DNA of 64,000 nt from Octopus vulgaris (Eukaryota). Position 1 is the first letter of the stretch; each line of letters starts with the position of its first letter. Both the position numbers and the translations under genes were made by a program. The stretch is taken from assembly GCA_951406725.2 (NCBI GenBank), contig OX597815.1, forward strand, positions 162,998,001 through 163,062,000, written 5' to 3'. Below are positions 1 through 11,772 of this stretch, piece by piece. The notes beneath the pieces are model-generated. The model saw only the letters and a program-made list of their open reading frames with translations, was not told the DNA's origin and did not search any database.

Positions 1-450
1 TAAAATCTATTCTTCTGTCTGTGTGTGTGTCTTCTAGGGTCTCGGGCATCCTGCATCCGATTGTGCTCAAATTTGATATGTAGATATCGACGGTATCAGG
101 GCATGAATAAGTCTTGGAAAGATTACAAAAATTGATTCCAGGTGAGAATGCCATCGATAAAGCCGTGGGAACGTGCATTTGTACGTGCAAGTACATCAGC
201 TGTTGCAATGTACTTACTGGCACTTTAAACTCTTCGGTTGCATATTTGTGTAAATAAAATCGTTTTTCTTTGGAATAGAAAAAAAGTTTATCTTTATTTC
301 TTCTTTTGCTGGTGTCTCAAATTTAGGTTAAATCAGTATTTGTCAAAAGGGAAGCCTATGGGACGGTTGGACAAGTTGTTTTGAGAAAATTTGGTTTAAA
401 TGTTTGACAACTCAGCACTGTCCATTGGATGAGGGAGGGCGTTTTGCTCG
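1..450 (+). mobile_element. Non-autonomous Helitron-like element, family H1 (5' end cut by the window edge)
   Basis: Reverse-complement homolog of 58912-59280. Has a (TG)n tract near the 5' end, a subterminal hairpin (gtccattggac-like) and ends in CTCG|T. Confidence 0.6.
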
Positions 451-1189
451 TATTGTATATATTTTTATACAATATATAATAGACTTCCACATAGTTGCTG
501 TCTACAAAAATCATTCAGAAGACATTGATTGACCCAGGGATATAGTAGAAGCCACTTGCCCAAGGTGCTATGCTATGGGACTGAACCAAAACCACATGGT
601 TGCAAAGTGAACTTGTAACATTTTTGGCTGGAACTGTTATGCCTACATTGCAGTTCAGCGATCAGCAATGCATTCAAGCATTAACTTTTATTGAAAGCAT
701 TCTTTCCATAAAAAGTATGGAAAGCTCTTTGTTAGAGGAATATTTTCTTTTAAATGAACTCAGTATTTTAAAGTTGCATGTCAGCCCCTTATGCTCTTAG
801 ACTAATGGCCCGTTCTTTGTAGATCAAAAAGGTAATTATCATTAATAATTATGGTTGTTGTTAATAATTAACAATTTCTTCTTTAACTGGACTCAATCAT
901 TGAACTTTGAATATGATGGGGTACTGCCTTGAACGGTTTTTGTTGATTTTGTTGATCTCAGAACTTATCAGTTATTTATTTTTATGAAAGCATAAAAAGC
1001 CTTAACTCAGGTGAAATATACTGTAAGCTATTTTCGTTCAGCACACCTATTTCTCTTCATCTTATGCTAACACTCTTCTGTGTAAATGTGTGCATGTATG
1101 TGTGTATATTTGTATACATACATACATACATATATACATACATAAATACATACATACATACATACATACATTTATATATATGTTTATCT

Positions 1190-1496
1190 CACGTAAAAAG
1201 CACCATCCGATCTTGGCCGTTGCCAGCCTCGCCTGGCCCCCGTGCCGGTGGCACGTAAAAAGCACCATCCATCTGTGGCCGTCTGCCAGCTCCGTCTGGC
1301 ACCTGTACGGGTGGCACGTAAAAAGCACCCACTACACTCACGGAGTGGTTGGCATTAGGAAGGGCATCCAGCCGTAGAAACACTGCCAGATCAGACTGGG
1401 CCTGATGCAGCCTTCTGACTTCACAGACCCCAGTTGAACCGTCCAACCCATGCTAACATGGAAAGCGGATGCTAAATGATGATGATGATGATGATT
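1190..1496 (+). mobile_element. SINE-like family C (tandem ~62-67 bp units, conserved 3' tail ending in (GAT)n)
   Basis: Units containing ggcacgtaaaaagcacc, then ttaggaagggcatccagc...ccaacccatgctarcatggaaa...gatgatgat; many copies across the window. Confidence 0.8.
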
Positions 1497-1754
1497 TAGA
1501 TAAAGATAGTTATGGGGTTACCCTGGGTTTCACATCCACAAGAGCTTTTCTCCTTTAAGTTTGAAGAGAGGTTTATAGGCCACTGGCCATTAGGGTCTGA
1601 AGAGACGCTGTGACACTAAGCACTTTATGGACATGAAACCTAGAGTAACCCCATAGACCAGCTGTAATTATCTTCATCTAATTACTCCACTGCTCTATAA
1701 CTTAGAATAACTTAGATTTATGATTTACTGACAATATATATACATATATGTATA

Positions 1755-3163
1755 TGATGTGCTTGAGAAGACCTGTTGAGTCAGGTGAAATTGAAATCAT
1801 AGTTGTAGCCAGTACCGCCTGACTGGCACCTGTGCTGGTAGCATGTAATAAGCACCATTTGAGCATGGGCCAATGCCAGTGCCCTATGACTGGCTCCTGT
1901 GCTTGTGGCACATAAATGCACCATCCAGATGTGGTCAATACCAGGGCCCTCTGACTGGGTCCTGTGCCATGCCAGTGGCATGTAAAAAGCACCATGCAAA
2001 CATGGTTGATGCCAGTGCCCCTTGACTGGCTCCTTTGTCCATGGCACATAAAATGCACCATCCAAACGTGGTTGATGCCAGTGCCCCCTGACAGGCTCCT
2101 GTGCTGGTGGGCATGTAAAAAGCACCCACTACACTCTTGGAGTGGGCAGCATTAGGAAGGCATCCAGCTGTAGAAACCTTGCCAGATCAGATTGGAGCCT
2201 AGTGCAGACTACAGGCTTACCAATCCTCAGTCAAGCTGTCCATCCCATGCTTGCATGGGATCTATTCCATCTCAATCACAGATTTTTAAATCAAATTTTT
2301 TTAACTAAACAGCCTGAAACTTCGAATACTGGTAGAATTTCTCACATAGAACGTTGTTTACTCCGAACGTTTTTGACAAAATTTTGTATTTTAGAAGTTA
2401 TTTTGTGTTAAAGTTGTTGTATTTGGGTAATTTCAATCAATGTCGTGTATTCAGTTCAAGAAAACTGCTGCTGTTTGCGATAGTAATTGAAGAGGAACAA
2501 CTTCTGGGTCATCTCTACTAAATGTCACCACTCTGTTCTATTCATATGGTGAGTGAAGATGATGTCACTTTTATCCTTTCTTCCTTTCTAGTCAGCACCA
2601 TGCATTCCTTAGTCTTTCCCTCCTTTCTACACTATCAACTAGCAACCAACGAGCAAACTTGTCACTAACACTACAATTACCATATTTTCTAGTGTATAAG
2701 GCACTATTTGTTTTGTTTTACCTTCATGTTTTGATAATGTTATTTTTTATGTAATAAAGACTTTTATATTGACAAAATGTGTTTGTTGTTGATTATAGTA
2801 AGATAAAATCTTGACAATAACAATACATCTCATTTCTTTGAACAGAGTAGTGACATTTAGCAAAGATGACCTGAAAGTTGTTCTTCTTTGATTACTATCA
2901 CAAACAGTAGTAGCTTTCTTGAATGAATACATGTTGTTGATTGGTTGAAATTACACCAATATGACAACTTTAACATGAAATAACTTCTAAAATACGAAAT
3001 TTTGTCAAAAACATTCAGAGTAAACCATGTTCTACATGAGAAATTCTACTAGTATTTGAAGTTTCAAACGGCTTAATTAAAAAAAAAGTTTATTAAAAAA
3101 TCTGTGATTGAGATGGAATAGATCCCTAGCATGGAAAGTAGATGTTAAATGATGATGATGATG
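1755..3163 (+). mobile_element. SINE-like family C copy interrupted by a TIR element (2257-3126)
   Basis: Five ~67-bp units (about 1840-2130). The tail breaks at cccatgcttgcat and resumes at 3127 with tagcatggaaagtagatgttaaatgatgatg. Confidence 0.8.
2257..3126. mobile_element. Non-autonomous DNA transposon with ~185-bp TIRs (GGGATCTATTCCATCTCAATCACAG...)
   Basis: 2257-~2441 is the reverse complement of ~2938-3126. The ORF track reads DLFHLNHRF on both strands. Flanks are ttgcat and tagcat. Confidence 0.85.
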
Positions 3164-3689
3164 ACATATACATATACACACATAATATATATTGATGGTA
3201 GTCTCCTGTTGTCTGAGAAAAACTATTCTGCAATTTCTTGTTGAACAATGGCAGTGGAGACCTCTGGCATTCTTAGTCCCTACACCATATCCCTGCTCAC
3301 CACTATCAGAGCAGAGATGGTTATCTTCAAGTGCAAATCTCATGAGTCAGAGTGACTGTTCCAGCATGTCTTTCTCACCATCCTCCAGGGCAACGCCTTT
3401 TCCATTTTGTCTGGTGGTGATCATGAAGTGGTCCGAATTACAGGAAATTGTGCGTTCCACTCCCTGATGTTGACAAATAGTTTTCTTGCTTATGAATTTG
3501 TCACAGTTGATTAATAGAACTATACTCAAACTATACCTTAGGTGTTTAAGTGATAGCAGAGCATCATGAGATGAAGTATTTTACTCAAGAATACAATACA
3601 TGATCCAGACTAGGAACTGAAACCATGATCTAACAGCTGTGAGTGCAACACCTTAACCATTAAACCATGTATGTATATGTGTATGTGTT

Positions 3690-3722
<33 letters not shown>

Positions 3723-3801
3723 TGGGGAAGTTGAGTTTATGGGATCCATAAACTGCACTTCAAGAGACTACCCTCATATATTTATATAGAATTTTGTGTG
3801 C

Positions 3802-3846
<45 letters not shown>

Positions 3847-3863
3847 TATAGATATATATATAT

Positions 3864-4207
3864 AGGTGCAAGCATGGAAAGAAGTTTTCTTCCTGACCAT
3901 ATGGTTCCAGGTTCGCTCCCACTGCATGGCAACTTGAGCAAGTGTCTTCTACTATAACCTCGGACAAACCATAGCCTTGTGAGTGGATTTGGTGGATGGA
4001 AACTGAAAGAATCCCATAATGTGTAGATATATGTGTGTGTCTTTATGTCTGTGTTTGCCCCCATATATATATATAACATCACTGCATGCTAAGAAGCTTG
4101 CTTCCTAACCACATGGTTTTGGGTTCAGTCTCTTCTACTACAGCCCCAGGCTGGCCAAAGCCTTGTAAGTGGATTTGGTAGATGGAAACTGGAAGAAGCC
4201 TGTTGTG

Positions 4208-4243
<36 letters not shown>

Positions 4244-4495
4244 TGTATGGTATGTATGTGTGTGTATGTATGTATGTATGTGTGTCTGTGTCTGTGTCCC
4301 CCACCACCACTTGACAATGGTGTTGGTGTGTTTGCATCCCCATAACTTAGCGGTTTGGCAAAACACACCGATAGAATAAGTACGAGGCTTAGCAAGAAAA
4401 TTAATTACTGGGTTTGATTCATTCAACTAAGAATCCTTCAAGGTAGTGCCCCAGCATGGCCACAGTCTAATGACTGAAACAAGTAAAAGATAAAA
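3864..4495 (+). mobile_element. Two adjacent tRNA-derived SINE family A copies (one partial, one near full)
   Basis: Head matches gcttgcttcc..accacatggttc.gggttcagtc, with an internal (TATG)n/(TG)n tract and tail gactgaaacaagtaaaaga. Confidence 0.8.
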
Positions 4496-5190
4496 TTAAA
4501 TATTATATATATATTGTATTTTATAAATGTAATGTTTTAGCAGAGATATTCTACTGTTGCTAATTCAATAGCTCGTTAAAACACAGAATACTTTGAGTCT
4601 AGATGCAGTGTAATTATTTCAGAATATTTTGTGGGTGGGATTCCAATGTTTAGAATGAGCTTGATTCATCACAGAGAAAATTATTTCATGGCAAAATATG
4701 ACGTCAAACATTTAGAGACAGACAGTATAACCAAACGACATCATTTCATTTTAAGTAAAACACACACGTTCGAAATTGCTTCATAATCAATATTTAAAAT
4801 GCATACACATTTACTGGAATAATAAACTTGTGAATACATAACTATATAGATAAATAAATGGATAACTAATTGAATAATATGCAGTAAATAGATACCTAAT
4901 TAGATCGATAATTATAGATTATAATAAATTGGAAAAGTTCATAAATAAAGGCAATCTGTGGATGATACATTTGCAAACCTACCCCTTAGATACATGCAAG
5001 CATTTAAATAGTATATGTATGTGGACATTTAACGTATGTATGTGAATATTTGTACATAAAAATCTTAAATATCCGAGCATACATATGTCCACACATTTTA
5101 TATACTTTCATACATTAATACATGCAAACATACATACATACATACATACATACATACATACATACATACGTACATACATACATACATACA

Positions 5191-5221
<31 letters not shown>

Positions 5222-5567
5222 CTGCCTGCCTATCTGTCTATATCTGTCCCTCTATGTGTTTATGTATGTATCTATTTATCTGTGTGTGTGTGTGTGTGTG
5301 TGTGTGTCTGTGCACATGCGTGAGTGTGTGTAAACTTTTATTCACTAATTACGTTGGCAGTTGCCATAGTGCAAATTGTAATTGTGTTAATATGAATACT
5401 TACTCTTTAGAATAGCTTAATTAACAACATAGTTTATAAATGCACAGTTAATACACCCACCACTAGTAAATCTCATATAGGTTCAGTAGTCCACAAGTGT
5501 GTGTGTGTGTGTGTCTGTATGTGTGTGTGTGTACCTATGTGTATGTACATATGTATATAAACATATA

Positions 5568-6580
5568 ACAAGCAAATTAGCTAGTTAGGAAAATCTATAT
5601 AAAAGATCAAAGCAGTATTTATACTGAGCAGTAAGTGTTTAATGTCACCTAAACATGAGTCTTCCCTAGGAACTGACAATACTGCTATTTTAACCTCAGG
5701 AGGATGCCTCCTCCAGCTGGTTATTCAGTGCACACTTCACTTTATATACATTGCAAGTGGGGAGAGAATTCTTTAATATTTTAGCCACCAAGACCACCAG
5801 ACTTTACAGTTTCGACCTCTTTATTGTCATCCTCAATGATAGATACTTGTCCACAAGCAATAGCATTAACTCGCTTCAGCTTGCAATATATAGGAAAATA
5901 GCAGTACCGCCTGGCGTTGCTCGGGTTTGTTTTGACCCTTTAGAATTGGAATTTTTAAAAAGTAAAAATTTTGCATTATGTAGCTTCTCTTTAAGTAAAC
6001 ATTTTTCTGATTGAAATACACCAAAAAATGACGACAGCAGTAAAAAAATCGTAAAAAAATAGGGATTTTCATTGAAAAAAAGCACATTTTTGATGTAAAT
6101 AATTTTTGGTCTTAACATGATCCAATTTGAATTTTATGTTCTACGGAATGAGGAGCAAGCCTTCTTCTATCATACTCTCAATTTTGGTCAACTTGCGCCG
6201 CAGGGTCTCGGAGGAGATAGTATTAGTTGAAGGCTACCAAACCTGCCACACACAGACAACTTCAGCTTTATATATATAGATAAGTGACACACAGTTACTG
6301 ATCTTGCAACAAGCAAATTAGTTAGTTAAGAAAATTTCTATAAGAGATCAAAGCAGAAGAGTATCTGTCACCAAGGATGGCCATAAAGAGATTGAAACCA
6401 TATGGTCTGGTGTCTTGAGGCTAAGATAGTAGGGAGTTCTCTCCCTGCTTGCAATATATAGTGAGTGCAGTGTGCACTGAATAACCAGCTGGAAGAGGCC
6501 TCCCTCTGTGTTTAAAATAGCAGTATTGTTGGTTTCTAGGGAGCATCCATGTTCACCTGATGTTAAACACTACTTGTATA
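5568..6580. mobile_element. Penelope-like-type inverted repeat pair (about 5620-5848 vs 6360-6580) with hammerhead-like motifs; a Helitron lies between the arms
   Basis: The arms are reverse complements (ccagctggttattcagtgcacac / gtgtgcactgaataaccagctgg). A ~45-bp direct repeat (aagcaaattag...gatcaaagcag) precedes each arm. Confidence 0.65.
5898..6280 (-). mobile_element. Non-autonomous Helitron, family H2
   Basis: The minus strand starts A|TCtatatatataaagctg and ends with hairpin cccgagcaacgccagg plus CTAT (degenerate CTAG). Homologous to 60467-60839. Confidence 0.8.
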
Positions 6581-7059
6581 TATATTGGAGAGTCTGTCAA
6601 CTTGTTACTGTAGCATGTATGGTAGAAGAAACTGTTACATTGTAACATTATGTTACTGAATGTGTTGCACTATGAAAAGAGATGACTTCTTATAATAATA
6701 ATGAAATTTTTGTATACAGTACTCAGGTGCACCACATGCTTAAGACTATATTTTATGTATGTATGGGGCCACAGCTCGTGAGCTGAAACTAGAATCAATC
6801 AATCAATATAAATATGAGACTGGTGATATGTAAAAGACATCCAGTACACTCACTGGAATGGTTTGCAATAAGGAAGGGCTTCCATCTGTAGAAACCAAGT
6901 CAAAACAGACTGGAGCTTTGTGCCGCTCTTTGGCTTACCAGTTCCAATCAAAAGGTCTTACCCATACCAGCATGGAAAATGAATGCTAAATGATAATGAT
7001 GTTGATGATGATGCTGGTGGTGGTGGTGGTGGTGGTGGTGGTAATAAACTCATTTTATA

Positions 7060-7330
7060 CACTGCTCAGGTGCACTATATCTCACCAGAAAAAAGTTGGC
7101 AAAACTACGTGGACAGTACATAGAAAAATGCACAGAAATTTAACAGTAATGAGTAATTTAAAAAAGGAAAACAAGAGGCTGGCATTGGGTGTGCTCTTGG
7201 CAAATTCTGGGAAGCTTTGAAGGATGTAGTAGTGTTCTGACAGCTGATTCTGGTAGTTTATTCCATGCCTCAGAAATTCTGAGCATGAAAAAATGTTTCT
7301 GAAAGTCATGGGTGGCAGGTTGTTTTTTTG
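7060..7330 (-). mobile_element. CR1/L2-like LINE 3' fragment
   Basis: Minus-strand peptide KHFFMLRISEAWNKLPESAV resembles the C-terminal FFxxRVxxxWNxLP motif of CR1/L2 ORF2. Confidence 0.6.
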
Positions 7331-7343
7331 ACTTTATAAGCAT

Positions 7344-7745
7344 AGGCATAGATGTGGTTGTGTGGTAAGAAGCTTGCTTCTCAGCCACATGGTTCTAGGT
7401 TCAGTTCCTCTGCATGGCACCTTGGGCAAGTGTCTTTTATTATAACTTTGGGCTGATCAAAGCCTTGTGAGTGGTAGACGGAAAGTGAAAGAAATCCATC
7501 ACATATATATATATATATATATATTTGTGTGTGTGCGTTTCTGTGTTTGTTCCCCTGCCATTGCTTGACAACCAATGATGGTGTTTACGTCTCTGTAACT
7601 TAGCAATTCAGCAAAAGAGACCGATAGAATAAATACCATGCTTACAAAGAATAAGTCCTGGGGTTGATTTCTAAAACCCTCTAAGTTGGTGCTCCTGTAT
7701 GGCCACAGTCAAATGACTGAAATAAGTTAAAGAATAAAAGAAAGA
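7344..7745 (+). mobile_element. tRNA-derived SINE family A, full length
   Basis: A-box-like tggttgtgtgg, B-box-like ggttcagttcc, internal (TA)n(TG)n tract and shared tail. Confidence 0.85.
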
Positions 7746-8746
7746 ATGTGTTTACATAATTAATTGCAGAGTTGTTATTATTTGTCTGAAGCAGACCAAT
7801 TTGAAATAAAGGTAACTCATCAAGCTGTTGACTAAAGTAACTCACATATTTGTACCTATGTCTTGACATATATGCTGTGTTTTAGTTTTGTATATTTGTT
7901 ACGTTTTTTTGAGCCGTGAGGTAGTGCTATGTCTTAGGCAGAAAAGAAACCTATGGCCTGGTTTCAGTTCCTGGCTGTGGCCAATCCATGTTGCTTCCTA
8001 TATGCCTCATCATGTAAAAAAAGCTGAAGCTTCATATTTGTGTAAACTATCAGTTTTCACAACCAATGGGAGAGTTTGTGTGTGGTTGCTTGACTTGTTA
8101 GAAATAGCAGCAAAATCTCCCTCAAGATGTACTCTACAATTTTAAAATCAGAATAACAAGAACAATACATTGGATAATGTAGTCCTATATTATGCTGTGT
8201 CTGAAAAAATATTGGGACGAAAACAGCTAACACACCTTTATAATAGTTCTACTGAGGGAGAGGTGACCTAGGGCTAAAAATAGCTGCGGCAATAATAATC
8301 ATTATTTTCAAATATTGTTGTTCTGTAAATATGCTACGTGTCATAATTATGCAAAATAAACTTAAACTTTAATTATATTTCAGTTTTAAAGCTTAAGTCT
8401 TCAATGAAATTTTCTAATCAAAAATTTATCTTAAAAACTCCAATAAATAAACTAAGAAATACAATTGAAAAATGTAACTGTTTCTTCTGTTATGTTAGCA
8501 AAACAAGCTCTTTGCATATCATAAAAATGTGATTAACTTGGAAATCCATCTGAAAGCATCTAATGACTTAGTGTGTCAGGCAACATTTCATTAATTGGTG
8601 AAGAGGATACAGGAGCTACTCAATAGAAAATCCATTCTATTAGTAATTGGAGTCTCTCTCTCTATCTCTTTCATTTTATAAAGACTACACATTTGATAAG
8701 ATATTGTCACATACGTGGTGAACTGTGAGAATCAGAAAGATGACAT

Positions 8747-9600
8747 CTATTCATTCTTAATATGTTCTAGCAAATTCAGATGTGAATATGTTAATCACTA
8801 TTGTATCTCATTGGTGGACATCAACTTCATTCAGAAGGTGTGCTCATAACACACTTGATTCATTACAGTAAGAGGACTTTGAGACACCCTGTGTTTTGAC
8901 TTTGTTATGTCTCCTCAGTTAAATTAGCTAAACCAGACAAGAGTTTTTGGCTCTTGTTTATACATTCGATAAACAAATTATTTGCTAATGCATGCAAATG
9001 TTGGTGAAGCAATAATAAATCATGATGTGCATAGTTAACAGCAAGAATCAAAATAATGACAAATATATTGGGTTTCAAATTCTGACACAAGGCCAGCAAT
9101 TTCAGGGGAGTGGGCAAGTCAATTACATTGATCCTCCAATACTCAACTGATACTTATTTGATTAGTGTTGAAAGGATGATAAGCAAAGTTGACCTTGGTA
9201 GTGTTTGAACTTAGAAAGTAAAGATAAATAAAATGTTGCTCAGTATTTTGCCCAGCATGCTAACGATTCTGCCACCTCACCAACCTAGTGATGCAAACAT
9301 ATTAATTCTTAAGACATTTCAGCAAATAAGAATATGAATATGTTAATCACTGTTGTACTTCATCATCAGAGAACAACTTCTCCTTCCAGATGAATGTTTG
9401 TTCATAACACACTCAATTCATTATAATAATCATGAGTTTGTGATGACTGGTGTTTTGACTTCGTCATATCTTCTCAACCAAAGCTACATCATGTTAATGA
9501 GTCCAGCCAGTTTTTTGTTCTTGTTTATACCTTCAACAATAAAATCATTTGTTTATGCATGCTGATATCTGATTACTGATAATAAATTGTTGCGTGCAGT
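8747..9600 (+). repeat. Diverged local tandem duplication (~290 bp: 8747-9040 and 9299-9600) separated by a family B SINE
   Basis: Colinear shared blocks gaatatgttaatcact, cataacacact, gtgttttgactt, tcttgtttatac and atgcatgc. Confidence 0.7.
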
Positions 9601-9863
9601 AGAGCTGGCACTAGGAGGTGCAAGGCCCAGTTAGAGAATTATCAGTGGGGTTCTCTACTCTTCAGGAGCTGAAGATTGATGTCTTAGTTAAAAAGTGTTC
9701 AGCCTCAACCATTAGCCAATCAAAAAGTATTGATGCTCAACCATTAGCCACAATGATATACTAAAAATTCATCATTGCATCCTCAGCTTGAGCGTGTGTA
9801 TGGGGTACTTTCTTGGTATGGGACCTAGTTTGAACAAATCTAATTGGCTTAAAACTGGCCCTG
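9600..9863. mobile_element. hAT-type MITE
   Basis: Ends (t/c)agagctggc...ctggccctg (CAGGGCCGG-like); 8-bp TSD gcgtgcag / gcatgcag. Confidence 0.65.
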
Positions 9864-10104
9864 GCATGCAGTAGGGAATCTGAGAGAAGCTGGTCCCCAA
9901 TAATAAAACATAACAGTGATTAGCATATTCATGTCAAAATCTGTTGGTGTCTCTGTTAGAAACAGTCTTGTAGTTGACACTGTTCTTGTTATTCAATTAT
10001 CATAGTTTTATTGCAAGCTTTTACTGCTCTACCAAATGTGGTTCTGTGCACTTTGGTATGTGAAGTATTTTGTTTTGGTTTTGGTATTTTGGTACTACAT
10101 TTTA

Positions 10105-10535
10105 CCTTTTATCTTTTACTTGTTTCAGCCATTAGATCGTGGCCATGCTGGGGCGCTGCCTTGAAGAATTTTTAGTTGAACGAATCGACCTCAGTACTTA
10201 TTTCTCTCTTTCTAAGCCTGGTACTCATTCTATTGGTCTCTTTTGCTGAACCACTAAGTAATGGGAATATAAACACACCAAGATCGGGTTGTTAAGCAGT
10301 GGTGGGAGACTTCCTCCAACACAAAGACACACACACATACACAAACACGTGCACACACACACACACACATGCACTCACACACACACACAACTTTCTTTGA
10401 GTTCTCATCTACCAAATCCACTCACAAGGCTTTGGTCAACCTGAGGCTGTAGGTAAAAATACTCGCCCAAGGTGCCACACAGTGGAACTGAACCCAGAGC
10501 CGTGTTATTTGGAAGCAACCTTCTTACCACACATT
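10105..10535 (-). mobile_element. SINE family A
   Basis: Reverse complement of the family A pattern, with an internal (CA)n tract. Confidence 0.8.
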
Positions 10536-10569
10536 GATGCCAGAATCCATACTACATTATATTGAAATG

Positions 10570-11215
10570 ACCCAATATAATACGTGTGCATTGCTTAGTT
10601 GTGTTATTATCTGAATGTTGTGTGTATTTGTAAGTTCAGGTGTTTCACTAATGTATTTATCTGCATGTTCTCTGATCATTCCCAAAGTGTCTATTAATAT
10701 TGGAAGAGAAGAATTTTTTTGGAAGGTACTCCATCTGGATTATCTCTATTTCCAGGTCTTTTTTTCTTCCCTGCCTTTAACCCTCCAACGCGGAGTATAG
10801 GCCACTTATAGTTGAATTCCATGTCGCATAATTTTTGACTTCTGTACTTATACTCTGCCATGGATGTTCCCCTTTCTCTAGTTTCTTTTGTGTTGATCTC
10901 CACCACGAGTTCTTAGGCCTACCTCTCTTTCTATATCCATCCAGATTCCACTGTAAAGCACTTTTCACTACATTTGGTGTGTCTTTTCTAATTGTGCTAC
11001 CAATCCACTTCCACGTTTTCTGAAATATTTGCTCCCTAATCGAAACTTGATTTGTTCTTTGCCATAGCTCCATATTGCTTATGCATTCGGGCCATCTAAT
11101 TTTAAATATACTACGTAAGCATCTGTTGATGAATGATTGTATTTGCTTATTTGATAATTTCTCCATTTCTTCGAGAGATTCATTATCATCTGTTGGGACT
11201 GATATGTCAATTATG
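10570..11215 (-). mobile_element. R4/Dong-like (restriction-like endonuclease) LINE 3' fragment, split by an RTE fragment
   Basis: Minus strand reads IIDISVPTDDNESLEEMEKLS ... KDLEIEIIQM ... PILIDTLGMIREHADKYISETPELTNTHNIQ, the D-x-S-x-P / EKxxKYxDL pattern of RLE domains. Confidence 0.6.
10777..11150 (-). mobile_element. RTE-clade LINE, C-terminal ORF fragment
   Basis: QIQSFINRCLRSIFKIRWPECISNMELWQRT...WKWIG...ALQWNLDGYRKRGRPKNSW is typical of the RTE ORF C-terminus. Confidence 0.85.
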
Positions 11216-11347
11216 AGGGTTCCTCTTCTTCCACTTCCCTTTCCTCCTTCTCTCCTCCTCCTTCTCCTCCTCTTCCTCCTCCTCATCATTATTGTCATCA
11301 TCGTCGTCATCGTCATCATCATCGTCATCATCATCATCATCATTGTA

Positions 11348-11772
11348 ATGGTGGCAAGCTGGGCAGAATCATTAGTGTGCCAAACAAAATGTTTAGTGGC
11401 ATTTTATCCATCTTTATGTTCTGAATTCAAATTCAGCCAAGGTTGACTTTGCCTTTCATCTTTTTAGGGGTCAGTAAAATAAGTACCAGACAAGTACTGC
11501 ATCAATATAATCAACAAGCATCTGCACCCAAAATTTCAGGCCTTGTGCCTATATTAGAAAGGATTAACAGAATCATTAGCACATGGGGCAAAATGCGTAG
11601 CAGTACTTCACCTGTTGCAACATTCTGAGTTCAAATTCTGCCAAAGCCGACTTTGCCTTTCATCCTTTCGGGGGTTGATAAATTAAGTACCAATGAAACA
11701 CTGGGGTCAATGCAATTGACAAGTCCTCCTCCCCAACCAAATTTCAGGCCTTGTGCCTATAGTAGAAAGGAT
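11348..11772 (+). mobile_element. Two tandem SINE family B copies (core gcctttcatcctttcggggtcgataaattaagtacca, Meta-domain-like)
   Basis: The recurrent core ctgagttcaaattc...gactttgcctttcatcc occurs twice, followed by (TTC)n and (ATT)n tracts. Confidence 0.75.

Noticed and set aside
3192-3529. Moderately GC-rich segment with ORFs on both strands (contains RWLSS on plus, RQNGKG on minus)
   Set aside because: Considered as the upstream TTLL exon or an integrase remnant, but it lacks a CKY(E/D)S-like motif, a phase-1 donor and any convincing domain match.
5794-6412. Apparent compensatory base change in hammerhead stem III (ACU/AGU versus ACC/GGU)
   Set aside because: Not counted as covariation evidence, because CpG decay of an ancestral ACCGTACGGT explains it neutrally.
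8311-8345. tgtaaatatgct (CKYA) as a candidate upstream TTLL micro-exon
   Set aside because: No compatible AG acceptor or phase-1 GT donor.
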